From NCBI GenBank assembly GCA_002336465.1, contig DDEP01000082.1, forward strand, positions 1-42,758: DNA of 42,758 nt, given 5' to 3'. Shown here one piece after another: positions 1 through 9,577 of the stretch. Below the pieces are notes generated by a model. It did not search any database. It saw only the letters and a program-made list of their open reading frames with translations, and had not been told where the DNA came from. Source of the stretch: Pedobacter sp. UBA1951 (GTDB lineage: Bacteria > Bacteroidota > Bacteroidia > Sphingobacteriales > Sphingobacteriaceae). Within the stretch, counting starts at the first letter, position 1. The number at the start of each line of letters is the position of its first letter. The position numbers were made by a program, and so were the translations under genes.

Positions 1-2
1 TT

Positions 3-641
3 ATCTGTAATTTCTTAGTTCTATTAATTATTGATAAGTTCTTAAGGTTAGCTAAGATGCCCAGTGCAATGGGCCTCATGTTCGATGTGGGCATGATCAT
101 TGCCATTGGTACGCTCATCTATTTTCCATTCATTGTATTATTTGCCATGCTTTGGCTAAGTTTGTTACTATACAGACCGTTTAATTGGCGCGAATGGTTA
201 TCGGGTATCATCGGTTTCCTTACCATTTTCTTTTTCATCGCAGTCTTCTACTATTTAAATGATAGTCTTAGCAGATTTTTAGCGATATGGCAACCGTTAA
301 CCAATAAATTCCCTACTTCTCTACAAATTAACTATAAAGATTATTTGGTACTGATACCAGTAAGCATCATTATCATCATGGCTGCTCTACAGCTTAGAGA
401 AAACTTTTTTAGGAGCTTTATCAGTACACGAAAAGCCTTTCAAATGCTTTTCTTTATGTTTTTAGTCAGCCTAATAAGTTTCTATACAAAACCGGGCGTA
501 ACGGTGAGCCATTTTATACTTTGTGTACCTACAGGATCCGTTCTCATTGCCTATTATTTCATCAGTGCACAGAGAAGATGGATTTACGAAAGTCTCTTTG
601 TCCTACTGATTATCTGCATTCAATACTTTTTGTTTGTTTAA
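3..641 (+). CDS. Multi-pass membrane protein, DUF6427-like; 5' end truncated by the window edge
   Basis: Frame is open from base 3 (ICNFLVLLIIDKFLRLAKMPS...), so the true start lies upstream. Several hydrophobic helices and an RPFNWREW motif; family name from recall. Confidence 0.7.
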   Translation: MCNFLVLLIIDKFLRLAKMPSAMGLMFDVGMIIAIGTLIYFPFIVLFAMLWLSLLLYRPFNWREWLSGIIGFLTIFFFIAVFYYLNDSLSRFLAIWQPLTNKFPTSLQINYKDYLVLIPVSIIIIMAALQLRENFFRSFISTRKAFQMLFFMFLVSLISFYTKPGVTVSHFILCVPTGSVLIAYYFISAQRRWIYESLFVLLIICIQYFLFV

Positions 642-684
642 CCTTTTTTAACAAATTGATAGCTTGAAACTAAGCAAAGATTAA

Positions 685-692
685 TAGCTTTG
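685..692 (+). promoter_or_regulatory. Bacteroidota housekeeping -7 box (TAGCTTTG) for the coaX operon
   Basis: Exact TAnnTTTG match, TTG at 664-666 as a possible -33 element, 65 nt before the coaX ATG. Confidence 0.65.
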
Positions 693-757
693 TGCAGTAA
701 AATAGGTTTTTAGCCTTTACTATTTTAGAATTTATTATTTAATAAGACAGATGCTTA

Positions 758-1492
758 ATGCATAATCTGGTAATTGACATAGGCAATTCTTACAGTAAAA
801 TTGCCGTTTTTGATAAAAAAACCATGGTTTTTCATCAAAGATCAGAGCAACTGGATGATTTGTTATTATTAAATCTTATTAAAGAATATGGAATAGCAAA
901 TGCTACAGTTTCAAGCGTTAATAATGATATAACCCACATTGCTGTTTTATTAGGAGACAAAGTAAATTATATAAAATTTACGACTTCTATTACAGGCAAC
1001 GTGCACAGTCATTACCAATCTAATCAGACCTTAGGTCTCGACAGATGGGCTAAGGTTATTGCTGCAAGCCAGCTCTTGCCAAAAACAAATTGCCTGATGA
1101 TTGATGCCGGAACTTGCATTACTTATGACCTGTTAAACGAAAACTCCGAGTATTTTGGAGGGAGTATCAGCCTCGGGATCAATATGCGTTTTAAAGCATT
1201 AAATCATTTTACCGGCCGTTTACCTTTAGTAACATGGAACGGAGATGATGATATACCTGAAGGCAGTAACACGATTAACGCCATAAGAAACGGGGTATTA
1301 CAAGGAGCTGTAAATGAGATTATTGGTTTTATAAGCAATTACAACAGTAAATATCCTGACCTAAAGATAATTTTAACTGGTGGTGATGCAGTTTTTTTGA
1401 CTAAACAGTTAAAAAATAGCATATTTGCCCCCCAAATAATACATGAACCTTATTGGGTTCTTAAAGGACTGAACGAAGTTATTACACTATAG
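758..1492 (+). CDS. coaX: Type III pantothenate kinase
   Basis: IDIGNSYSK, LGLDR, IDAGTCITYD, GGSIS and LTGGDA motifs. Confidence 0.95.
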   Translation: MHNLVIDIGNSYSKIAVFDKKTMVFHQRSEQLDDLLLLNLIKEYGIANATVSSVNNDITHIAVLLGDKVNYIKFTTSITGNVHSHYQSNQTLGLDRWAKVIAASQLLPKTNCLMIDAGTCITYDLLNENSEYFGGSISLGINMRFKALNHFTGRLPLVTWNGDDDIPEGSNTINAIRNGVLQGAVNEIIGFISNYNSKYPDLKIILTGGDAVFLTKQLKNSIFAPQIIHEPYWVLKGLNEVITL

Positions 1493-1493
1493 A

Positions 1494-2786
1494 ATGAGTT
1501 ATAAACTAAAATACATCAAACTTGCATTACTGCTTTTAATGGGTTCTAATGCCTTTGCACAGATCACGGTGCAATCTCCTTATTCAAAATTTGGTGTAGG
1601 AAATTTAAATGGTTTACCCTTACCTCAACAGCGTTCAATGGGAGGTATTTCTGCAGGTTTATTTAGAAGTAGCTATATGAGCAATATCAATGCTGGAAAC
1701 CCAGCCTCATATGCAGGTATTGGCTTAACTACATTAGATATTGGCTTAAGTGGCGATATCACCACGCTTAAAAGCGGTAGTTTATCAGAACGCAGCTTCA
1801 ATTCTACGCTAAACCATGTAGCTATGGGATTCCCGGTAAGTTCTAAATCTGCTTTAAGTTTAGGTCTTTTACCCTATTCTGAACTCGGCTACAATTTCAA
1901 AAACACAGTAAGCATTGGTGGAAGGTCATTTGACTATGTATATGCTGGCGAAGGTGGTTTATCTAAAGCATATTTAGGTTATGGCATACAGTTTGGCGAC
2001 CACTTTAGAATCGGTGCCAATGCAGAGTATCTATTCGGCAACCTGATACAAAGCACTTCAACCGAAAATGCAGATGCTGGTTCTTTCAACTCAAGATCTC
2101 AGCACAAAAACAATATAGGAGGTCTAACTTACAGCTATGGAGCGCAGTTAGACTTTAAGTTAGACAACAAAACTTCGTTGGTTATCGGATACTCGGGCTC
2201 GGCCTCATCTAGCCTAAGATCAAAATCAAGCATTGTTAACACTATTTATTTGAAAAACAGCGTTGGTGAAGAGCTAAGTGCATTAGATACATTAGATCAC
2301 ACTGTGAACAATAGCTCTAATATGAAACTTCCTCTTTTACATAATATAGGTTTCAGTATCTACAAAGAAAACAAATGGTTGTTTGGAGCTGATTACCGTA
2401 TGGGTAAATGGTCTGATTTTAGATTAGATGGAACCAATCAAAATCTTACAGATACCTATGGCGTATCGGTTGGCGGGCAATTCACACCTGATGTAACAGC
2501 AATCAATGGTTATTTTAAGCGTGTTGATTATCGCTTAGGGTTTTCATACGATAAAACGTACGTTCAAATCAACAATACAGATGTTAAGCAAATGGCATTT
2601 ACTGTTGGCTTAGGCTTACCATTATCTTCAGGTTATGGCCGTTCTTCATTCTACAAAATGAACTTTGGTGCTGAAATAGGACAAAGAGGTTCATTAACCA
2701 ATGGGCTGATCAAAGAAAACTACATCAATTTCCGTTTAGGATTTATGTTAAACGACAGATGGTTCCAGCGCATTAAGTTAGACTAA
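1494..2786 (+). CDS. Outer-membrane beta-barrel protein, FadL/OmpP1-like Bacteroidota family
   Basis: Signal peptide (AFA-Q), SPYSKFGVG and NPASY N-terminal motifs, alternating aromatic beta-strands, C-terminal NDRWF. Confidence 0.7.
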   Translation: MSYKLKYIKLALLLLMGSNAFAQITVQSPYSKFGVGNLNGLPLPQQRSMGGISAGLFRSSYMSNINAGNPASYAGIGLTTLDIGLSGDITTLKSGSLSERSFNSTLNHVAMGFPVSSKSALSLGLLPYSELGYNFKNTVSIGGRSFDYVYAGEGGLSKAYLGYGIQFGDHFRIGANAEYLFGNLIQSTSTENADAGSFNSRSQHKNNIGGLTYSYGAQLDFKLDNKTSLVIGYSGSASSSLRSKSSIVNTIYLKNSVGEELSALDTLDHTVNNSSNMKLPLLHNIGFSIYKENKWLFGADYRMGKWSDFRLDGTNQNLTDTYGVSVGGQFTPDVTAINGYFKRVDYRLGFSYDKTYVQINNTDVKQMAFTVGLGLPLSSGYGRSSFYKMNFGAEIGQRGSLTNGLIKENYINFRLGFMLNDRWFQRIKLD

Positions 2787-2797
2787 TCATAAATTTA

Positions 2798-3370
2798 ATG
2801 ATATCAGGGAATCATTTAAGATATGTATTAATTGCAGGCATTTTGACCATGTTCTTAACAGCCTGCAATGATGATGACCTTAAAAAAGCTAGTTCGATAT
2901 CAAGCACCAAAGTGAGTCTTACAAAAGACAGAACTTTAGGTGCAGAACTAATCTACAGCGATTCTGCAAAGGTAAAAGCCAAAGGTTATGCACCTATACT
3001 AGATAAAGTTACTCCAGCAAACGGCAGTCCTTATAATGAAATGCCCAAAGGCGTAAAGATTGATTTTATTGATGAAAACCTATTGTCAAAAGGCAGTATC
3101 ACTTCTGATTATGCAATAAATAAAGAAGCAGAGCGCCTCACTACATTTAAAAAGAATGTTACAGTAGTAAATGAAAGTATGACCTTTACTACTGAAGAAC
3201 TAGTTTGGGATGAAAATAAAAAATCTTTTTTCTCACCAAGTGGCACGGTAAGGTTTAAAGACGGTAGCATACTCAATGGGGCTCAGTTTACCGCTCCACA
3301 AGATTTCAGTACTTATACCATCTCTCAACCTTCGGGACAGGCTTATTTAAAAAACGGCTCAAATCCTTAA
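2798..3370 (+). CDS. lptC: LPS export periplasmic protein LptC-like, with lipoprotein signal
   Basis: YSDSAKVKA, ITSDYA and TEELVWD motifs; LTAC lipobox; coaX-OMP-lptC context. Confidence 0.75.
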   Translation: MISGNHLRYVLIAGILTMFLTACNDDDLKKASSISSTKVSLTKDRTLGAELIYSDSAKVKAKGYAPILDKVTPANGSPYNEMPKGVKIDFIDENLLSKGSITSDYAINKEAERLTTFKKNVTVVNESMTFTTEELVWDENKKSFFSPSGTVRFKDGSILNGAQFTAPQDFSTYTISQPSGQAYLKNGSNP

Positions 3371-3446
3371 TTTAAGTATTTTAAAGCGAGTAGTTTATCT
3401 GTTCTAAAACTTGAAATTTAATATTTTCTAATTAGTTTCAAATTTG

Positions 3447-3454
3447 TATCTTGC
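3447..3454 (+). promoter_or_regulatory. Variant -7 box (TATCTTGC) for the PpiD-like gene
   Basis: Near-consensus TAnnTTGC, 42 nt upstream of the ATG. Confidence 0.45.
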
Positions 3455-3496
3455 GCCCTCTTAAAAAAAGTAAAAAACAATAGAATATAGAATAAT

Positions 3497-5590
3497 ATGG
3501 GATTAATGACTTTCATGCGTACCAAAATGGGCTATTTTTTGGTTGGAGGTATTGCAGTAGTATTAGCATTATTTGTTTTGGAACCTTTATTACAACAAGG
3601 TACAGCTATTTTTGGTTCATCTCGTAACGAAGTAGGAAGCATTGATGGAGAAAAAATCAGTTATGAGGCGTTCAATACTAAAGTAGACCAAACTACCGCT
3701 CAATTTAAACAGCAATATGGTGCCATGAATCCTCAAATGCAAGCTATGGCCGTTGAGCAGGCTTGGCAGTACGAGGTGGCTAACGTTTTATTAAACAAAG
3801 AATACAATCGTATAGGTTTAAATGTATCTGGCGACGAGCTTTTTGATCTTATCCAAGGGAAAAAACCAAGTCCACTGATTATGCAGTATTTCGGAAATCA
3901 GCAAACCGGACAAATCGATCATACTGCTATCATCAACTCACTAAAAGCACAATCAAAAGATCCTAACTTAAAAATGCAATGGGATTTGTTGCAAAATGAA
4001 ATTGAGAAACAAGCTTTACAACAGAAATACAATAATCTGGTAAGCAACTCTGTTTATGTAACCTCATTAGAAGCTAATGATGAATATGTTAACAGAAATA
4101 AATTAGCTAGCTTAAAATATGTAAACTTAGATTATAGTTCTGTTTTAGACAAAGACGCTAAATTAACTGATGCAGATTACCAAGCTTATTTTGATGCCAA
4201 CAAAAAGCGTTTCTTTAATCCTACTGAAACCAGATCATTAGAATACGTTTCTTTCAGCATTAAACCTACCTCAACAGATAGCGCTTTGATCAAAACTCAA
4301 ATAGAAAAATTGGCTGCTGATTTTCAGACTACGCCAAATGATTCTTTATTTGCAGCCAACAACTCTGATGTAAAAGTTCCTTATACTTACATTACTAAAG
4401 GAAAATTAGACCCAGCTGTTGATTCTGTAATCTTCAATTACCCGGCAGGTAGTTTCTATGGACCTAAATTTTCTGGAAATTCTTATAAACTGATTAAGGT
4501 TATAGGCAATCGCTTATCACCAGATTCAGTTAAGGCAAGTCATATTTTAATTGACCCTTCAAAAGTTGGTGGTGAAGAAAAAGCTATGAAGCTTGCCGAT
4601 TCATTAAAGAACTTAGCATTAAAAGGTTCAAGCTTTGCTGAACTTGCCAAAACTTACAGTGTTGATGGATCCAAAGAGCAGGGAGGAGAACTAGGAACTT
4701 TTGCACGTGGTGCAATGGTACCTGCTTTTGAAAACGCTGCTTTTGATGGTAAAACAGGAGATATTAAAGTAGTTAGATCTCAGTTTGGTGTACACGTAAT
4801 CAAAATTGAAAAACAAATCGGTGCATCAAAAGTGGTTAAACTGGCTTACATAGAAAAAGCATTAGCACCTAGTCAGAAAACAAGAGATGCAGCTTACAAA
4901 AAAGCACTAGCTTTCTTGAACGAGGTTAAGTCAGATAATTTTAACGCTTTAGCACAAAAAAGTGGTTATAATGTTGGTGTTGCAGATAGAATTGCTCCTA
5001 CCCAAGGTTATGCACCGGGCTTAGATAACCCTCGTCAGGTAATCAGAGATGCTTATGATGCTAAAAAAGGTACAGTATTACCTCAGGTTTACACCATGGA
5101 TAATGACTATGTAGTTGTTAAACTTACCGCTATACAACCAAAAGGTCAATTGGCTTTAGAAGATGTTAAAAAGCAAATTGAACCAATGGTATTAAATGCT
5201 AAAAAAGCGCAAATATTAACTGAAAAAATGAATGCCGCACTTTCTGGTGCTTCAAACATAGACGGAGTAGCTCAGAAATTAGGTAAAAGTGCTGTTGACG
5301 TTGAGAACCTTGTTTTCGCCAACCCGGTTATACCTGGTTTAGCTCAGGAGAATAAGTTTACAGGAACTGTATTTGGTTCTCAAGTGGGCAAGCTTTCTAA
5401 AGCTATAGATGGAGAAAGAGGAGTGTATGCCTTTACAGTAACAGGTTTTACTAATCCTGCACCAATGGACAACACCTATAAACAAAAACAAACGATGCTT
5501 TCTAGCATTTCACAACGTGTTTTTGGTAACGCATTCCAAGTATTACAAGATAAAGCAGATATAAAAGACAATAGAGTGAAATTCTATTAA
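3497..5590 (+). CDS. PpiD-like membrane-anchored peptidylprolyl isomerase/chaperone (SurA_N plus parvulin domain)
   Basis: N-terminal TM helix; VKASHILI, FAELAKTYS, GGELG, MVPAFENAAF and SQFGVHVIK parvulin motifs. Confidence 0.9.
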   Translation: MGLMTFMRTKMGYFLVGGIAVVLALFVLEPLLQQGTAIFGSSRNEVGSIDGEKISYEAFNTKVDQTTAQFKQQYGAMNPQMQAMAVEQAWQYEVANVLLNKEYNRIGLNVSGDELFDLIQGKKPSPLIMQYFGNQQTGQIDHTAIINSLKAQSKDPNLKMQWDLLQNEIEKQALQQKYNNLVSNSVYVTSLEANDEYVNRNKLASLKYVNLDYSSVLDKDAKLTDADYQAYFDANKKRFFNPTETRSLEYVSFSIKPTSTDSALIKTQIEKLAADFQTTPNDSLFAANNSDVKVPYTYITKGKLDPAVDSVIFNYPAGSFYGPKFSGNSYKLIKVIGNRLSPDSVKASHILIDPSKVGGEEKAMKLADSLKNLALKGSSFAELAKTYSVDGSKEQGGELGTFARGAMVPAFENAAFDGKTGDIKVVRSQFGVHVIKIEKQIGASKVVKLAYIEKALAPSQKTRDAAYKKALAFLNEVKSDNFNALAQKSGYNVGVADRIAPTQGYAPGLDNPRQVIRDAYDAKKGTVLPQVYTMDNDYVVVKLTAIQPKGQLALEDVKKQIEPMVLNAKKAQILTEKMNAALSGASNIDGVAQKLGKSAVDVENLVFANPVIPGLAQENKFTGTVFGSQVGKLSKAIDGERGVYAFTVTGFTNPAPMDNTYKQKQTMLSSISQRVFGNAFQVLQDKADIKDNRVKFY

Positions 5591-5610
5591 TCTTTATTAC
5601 GTAAATTTGT

Positions 5611-5643
5611 AACCGCCTTTAAGTACTTAAAGGCGGTTTTTTT
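5611..5643 (+). terminator. Intrinsic terminator after the PpiD-like gene
   Basis: Perfect 28-bp palindrome AACCGCCTTTAAGT/ACTTAAAGGCGGTT (5611-5638) running into a T tract. Confidence 0.85.
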
Positions 5644-5660
5644 ATGATCAGTAGATAGTT

Positions 5661-6176
5661 ATGGAAATACAAGAGAACTTCATAAATAAGGTAGCCAATA
5701 GTGGTTTAATTACCTTTAATCTAGAAGATTACTATGATAAAGGCGAAAGAGTAGTGTATGATATAAAAGACAATCTTTTTCATGGCTTAATCCTAAAGGA
5801 AAAAGACTTCAGGGCATTTATAAAAGATCATGATTGGTCTCAATATGCTGGAAAAAATATTGCGATAATTTGTTCTTCTGACGCAATTGTACCTACTTGG
5901 GCTTATATGTTATTGGCTAATAAAATGAAACCTTATGCCAATGAAGTTGTGTTTGGTAATCTTGAAGTTTTAGAAAATATTCTGTTTACCAAAGCTTTAG
6001 CCCATATCAATCTAGATACCTATAAAGATCAACGGGTAGTTATAAAAGGTTGTGCGGATTTAAATGTACCGATTTCTGCTTATGTAGAAATTACCAACCT
6101 ACTTACGCCTGTGGTAAAAAGCATTATGTATGGCGAGCCTTGCTCTACCGTACCACTATATAAACGAAAAGATTAA
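5661..6176 (+). CDS. DUF2480 family protein
   Basis: INKVANSGLITFNLE, CSSDAIVPTWAYML, VIKGC and MYGEPCSTVP motifs. Confidence 0.85.
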   Translation: MEIQENFINKVANSGLITFNLEDYYDKGERVVYDIKDNLFHGLILKEKDFRAFIKDHDWSQYAGKNIAIICSSDAIVPTWAYMLLANKMKPYANEVVFGNLEVLENILFTKALAHINLDTYKDQRVVIKGCADLNVPISAYVEITNLLTPVVKSIMYGEPCSTVPLYKRKD

Positions 6177-6212
6177 TTCTTTTTTGGATTACTTTTTGTT
6201 TTGTCATGTAAT

Positions 6213-6983
6213 ATGATAAAGATTGTTTCATCTGTTTTATTGTGCCTTGCTACCCTTGTAGGGTTCGCACAAGAGCTTCCATTAAAAAAAGATCCGGCCT
6301 TTAATGAGGGCGAGATACTTACATACAAGCTAAGGTATGGTTTCATTACGGCTGCCGAAGCTACTTTAAAAGTGCTTCCTTCAGACATGAAGTTTGATAA
6401 TAAATCTACTTACAGGCTATCTGTCGATGCGCAAACATCCGGAACGTTTGATATCTTTTACAAAATTAGGGATCACTATGATTCTTACATTGATAAAACA
6501 GATCTTACACCTTATTTCTATCAGGAGAATATACGAGAAGCCAGTTACCGCAGGCAGGATAAAGCAAGATTTTACCAAGATGCAAAAAAAGTGGTTGCAA
6601 ATAGAGGTACTTTTACTACGCCTACAACCCAAACATTTGACCTAGTTTCGGCCTATTATTTTGCTCGTAGTCTAGACATCTCCAAGCTTAATATTAATGA
6701 TACCTTTAAACTTAATTACTTTTTAGGAGAAGAAATATCTTCTTTAGAAATAGAATATATAGGCAAGGAAGTAATAAAAACCAAGCTCGGCGAAATCAGA
6801 TGTCTGAAATTCAGTCCTTCCATTAAACCCGGAAGAGTTTTTAGAAAAGACAGTAAACTGTATCTTTGGATAACGGATGATAATAACCGTGTGCCCGTAA
6901 AAGCCCAAGTAGAAATTCTGGTTGGTGCGGTTACCTTAGAAATTAAATCGGCTGAAGGCCTAAAATACCCTATTGGAAAATGA
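6213..6983 (+). CDS. DUF3108 domain secreted protein
   Basis: Signal peptide, GEILTYKLRYG, LWITDDNNRVPVK. ATG at 6213 preferred over TTG at 6201. Confidence 0.8.
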   Translation: MIKIVSSVLLCLATLVGFAQELPLKKDPAFNEGEILTYKLRYGFITAAEATLKVLPSDMKFDNKSTYRLSVDAQTSGTFDIFYKIRDHYDSYIDKTDLTPYFYQENIREASYRRQDKARFYQDAKKVVANRGTFTTPTTQTFDLVSAYYFARSLDISKLNINDTFKLNYFLGEEISSLEIEYIGKEVIKTKLGEIRCLKFSPSIKPGRVFRKDSKLYLWITDDNNRVPVKAQVEILVGAVTLEIKSAEGLKYPIGK

Positions 6984-7549
6984 TGATTGAAGTTGATGGA
7001 ACCTTGGTGCACGAAGATGTGCTTAAACAGGAATTTGTTTGTAATTTAAATAAATGCAAAGGTATTTGTTGTGTAGAAGGCGATTCGGGCGCTCCTTTAG
7101 AACATCATGAAAAATTAATATTAGAAGAAATATATCCTAAGATAAAACATCTTTTAGCGCCAAAGGGCATTGAAGCCATTGAGCAGTTTGGCACATCTGT
7201 AACTGATTATGATGGTGATCTTACAACCACTTGTGTAGATGGGAATAAGGAATGTGCTTATGTAACCTTTGAAAACGGAATAACCAAATGTGCTATTGAA
7301 AAAGCCTATGAGCAAGGCTTAGTAGATTGGAAAAAACCAATATCATGTCATCTCTATCCTATTCGCATTACAAAATATCCTGAATTTGATGCACTTAACT
7401 ACGATCGTTGGCATATTTGCCATGATGCATGCAGTTTTGGCAGAGAACTGAATGTAAAGGTATTCGAATTTTTAAAAGAACCTTTAATCAGAAAGTATGG
7501 AGAGCAATGGTATAATGAATTAGAGGTTGTTGCCCAAAATCTCACTTAA
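6980..7549 (+). CDS. DUF3109 family Cys-rich putative metal-binding protein
   Basis: FVCNLNKCKGICCVEGDSGAP, KPISCHLYPIR, ICHDAC; ATGA overlap with the upstream gene. Confidence 0.85.
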   Translation: MMIEVDGTLVHEDVLKQEFVCNLNKCKGICCVEGDSGAPLEHHEKLILEEIYPKIKHLLAPKGIEAIEQFGTSVTDYDGDLTTTCVDGNKECAYVTFENGITKCAIEKAYEQGLVDWKKPISCHLYPIRITKYPEFDALNYDRWHICHDACSFGRELNVKVFEFLKEPLIRKYGEQWYNELEVVAQNLT

Positions 7550-7595
7550 AACCATATTAAATTAACGTTAGATTTTATTCTTAAATAGATTCTTA

Positions 7596-7603
7596 TATTT
7601 TTG
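7596..7603 (+). promoter_or_regulatory. -7 box (TATTTTTG) for the rfb cluster
   Basis: Exact TAnnTTTG, 23 nt before the TTG start. Confidence 0.55.
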
Positions 7604-7626
7604 TTACAAACAAAAACAATACTAAA

Positions 7627-8679
7627 TTGAAAAAGATTTTAATTACCGGAGGTGCAGGCTTTATCGGATCGCATGTTGTACGTCGTTTTGTAAATAAATA
7701 TCCTGACTACCATATTGTAAATTTAGATAAACTTACCTATGCAGGTAACCTAGCAAATCTTTCAGATATTGAAGACAAGCCTAATTACAGCTTTGTAAAA
7801 ATTGACATCACAGATTCTTCTACCATCAATCAACTGTTTAGTCATGAAAATTTTGATGCAGTTATTCATTTAGCTGCCGAAAGTCATGTGGACCGTTCAA
7901 TTACCAATCCTACTGCATTTGTGATGACCAATGTAATCGGAACCGTAAATCTGTTAAATGCGGCAAGAGAGTATTGGAAAGACGATTATGCTCATAAAAG
8001 ATTTTATCATATCAGTACAGATGAAGTTTATGGTGCTTTGGGCGAAACAGGCATGTTTACTGAAACAACGGCTTATGATCCCCATAGTCCTTATTCGGCA
8101 TCAAAAGCAAGTTCAGATCATTTTGTAAGAGCCTATCATGATACGTATGGGATGGATTGTGTAATCTCTAACTGTTCTAACAATTATGGGTCGCATCATT
8201 TTCCTGAAAAACTGATTCCCTTAGCCATCAATAACATCAAAAATAACAAACCTGTGCCTGTATATGGCAAAGGAGAAAATGTAAGAGATTGGTTATGGGT
8301 TGAAGATCATGCAAGAGCTATTGATGTAATATTTCACCAAGCTAAAACCGGAGAAACCTTTAACATTGGAGGCCACAATGAATGGAAAAACATTGATCTT
8401 ATTCATTTGCTCTGCAAAATTATGGACGATAAACTGGGAAGAGAACCCGGAACATCTGCCAAGCTCATTACTTTTGTTACCGACCGTGCCGGACATGACT
8501 TACGTTATGCAATAGATTCAACCAAATTACAAAAAGAACTAAACTGGACTCCTAGCCTACAATTTGAAGAAGGACTGGAAAAAACTGTTGACTGGTATTT
8601 GGCCAATGAAGAATGGTTAAACAATGTGACCTCTGGCAACTATCAATCTTATTACGATAAACAATATAACGGCCGCTAA
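7627..8679 (+). CDS. rfbB: dTDP-glucose 4,6-dehydratase
   Basis: TGGAGFIG, DKLTYAGN, HLAAESHVDRSI, STDEVYG, YSASK; TTG start. Confidence 0.97.
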   Translation: MKKILITGGAGFIGSHVVRRFVNKYPDYHIVNLDKLTYAGNLANLSDIEDKPNYSFVKIDITDSSTINQLFSHENFDAVIHLAAESHVDRSITNPTAFVMTNVIGTVNLLNAAREYWKDDYAHKRFYHISTDEVYGALGETGMFTETTAYDPHSPYSASKASSDHFVRAYHDTYGMDCVISNCSNNYGSHHFPEKLIPLAINNIKNNKPVPVYGKGENVRDWLWVEDHARAIDVIFHQAKTGETFNIGGHNEWKNIDLIHLLCKIMDDKLGREPGTSAKLITFVTDRAGHDLRYAIDSTKLQKELNWTPSLQFEEGLEKTVDWYLANEEWLNNVTSGNYQSYYDKQYNGR

Positions 8680-8695
8680 AATTTGAATTAAACTT

Positions 8696-9571
8696 ATGGA
8701 TAATACAATTTTAGTAATAGGTGCAGGTGGACAACTAGGCCATTGCTTGAAAGACGTTGCAATGGCTAATCACATTACAAACATCATTTTTCCTGAAGAA
8801 GGAAGTGCCAATATCTTAGATGAGGTTTCTTTGCATGAACTGTTTACAAGCGTAAAACCCAGCTATGTAATCAATTGTGCTGCTTATACAGCCGTTGATA
8901 AAGCTGAAGATGAAAAAGATATAGCTACTGCGGTAAATGAAACAGGTGCAAAGAATTTAGCCGTGTTATGTAATGAATTTAAAGCTGTACTTATTCATGT
9001 TTCTACTGATTTTGTATTTGAAGGAAATACAGTAAAGCTTCTTACAGAAGAAGATACCGCCCAGCCTATTAATGTTTATGGGCTTACCAAATTAGATGGT
9101 GAAAAAAGAATTGCAGAAAATCTAAAAGCATATTTCATCTTGCGCACAAGCTGGCTTTATTCTGAGCATGGTAACAATTTTACAAAAACGATGCTCAAGC
9201 TCGGTGCAGACAGAGACGAGTTGAATATCATAGCTGATCAGGTTGGAACACCTACTTACGCCATCGATTTAGCTACTGTTATTTTTCACATCATTGCTTC
9301 AAATAGTAAACAATATGGTATTTATCACTATAGTAATGAAGGCGTAACCTCTTGGTTCGATTTTGCTAAAGCTATATTCGAGATAGGTAAATTACCTGTA
9401 AAAGTAAGCCCGATACCTACAAGTGCATATCCAACCAAAGCTAAACGCCCACATTTTTCGGTAATGGATAAGAATAAAATAAAAAGTACCTTTAATATCG
9501 AGATTCCATACTGGCGCAACAGTCTGGAAAAATGTATAACTGCAATCAATACCCAGAGCAAACTAAGCTAA
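8696..9571 (+). CDS. rfbD: dTDP-4-dehydrorhamnose reductase
   Basis: GAGGQLG, NCAAYTAVDKAE, STDFVF, YGLTK, DQVGTPT. Confidence 0.95.
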   Translation: MDNTILVIGAGGQLGHCLKDVAMANHITNIIFPEEGSANILDEVSLHELFTSVKPSYVINCAAYTAVDKAEDEKDIATAVNETGAKNLAVLCNEFKAVLIHVSTDFVFEGNTVKLLTEEDTAQPINVYGLTKLDGEKRIAENLKAYFILRTSWLYSEHGNNFTKTMLKLGADRDELNIIADQVGTPTYAIDLATVIFHIIASNSKQYGIYHYSNEGVTSWFDFAKAIFEIGKLPVKVSPIPTSAYPTKAKRPHFSVMDKNKIKSTFNIEIPYWRNSLEKCITAINTQSKLS

Positions 9572-9577
9572 ATTTAT

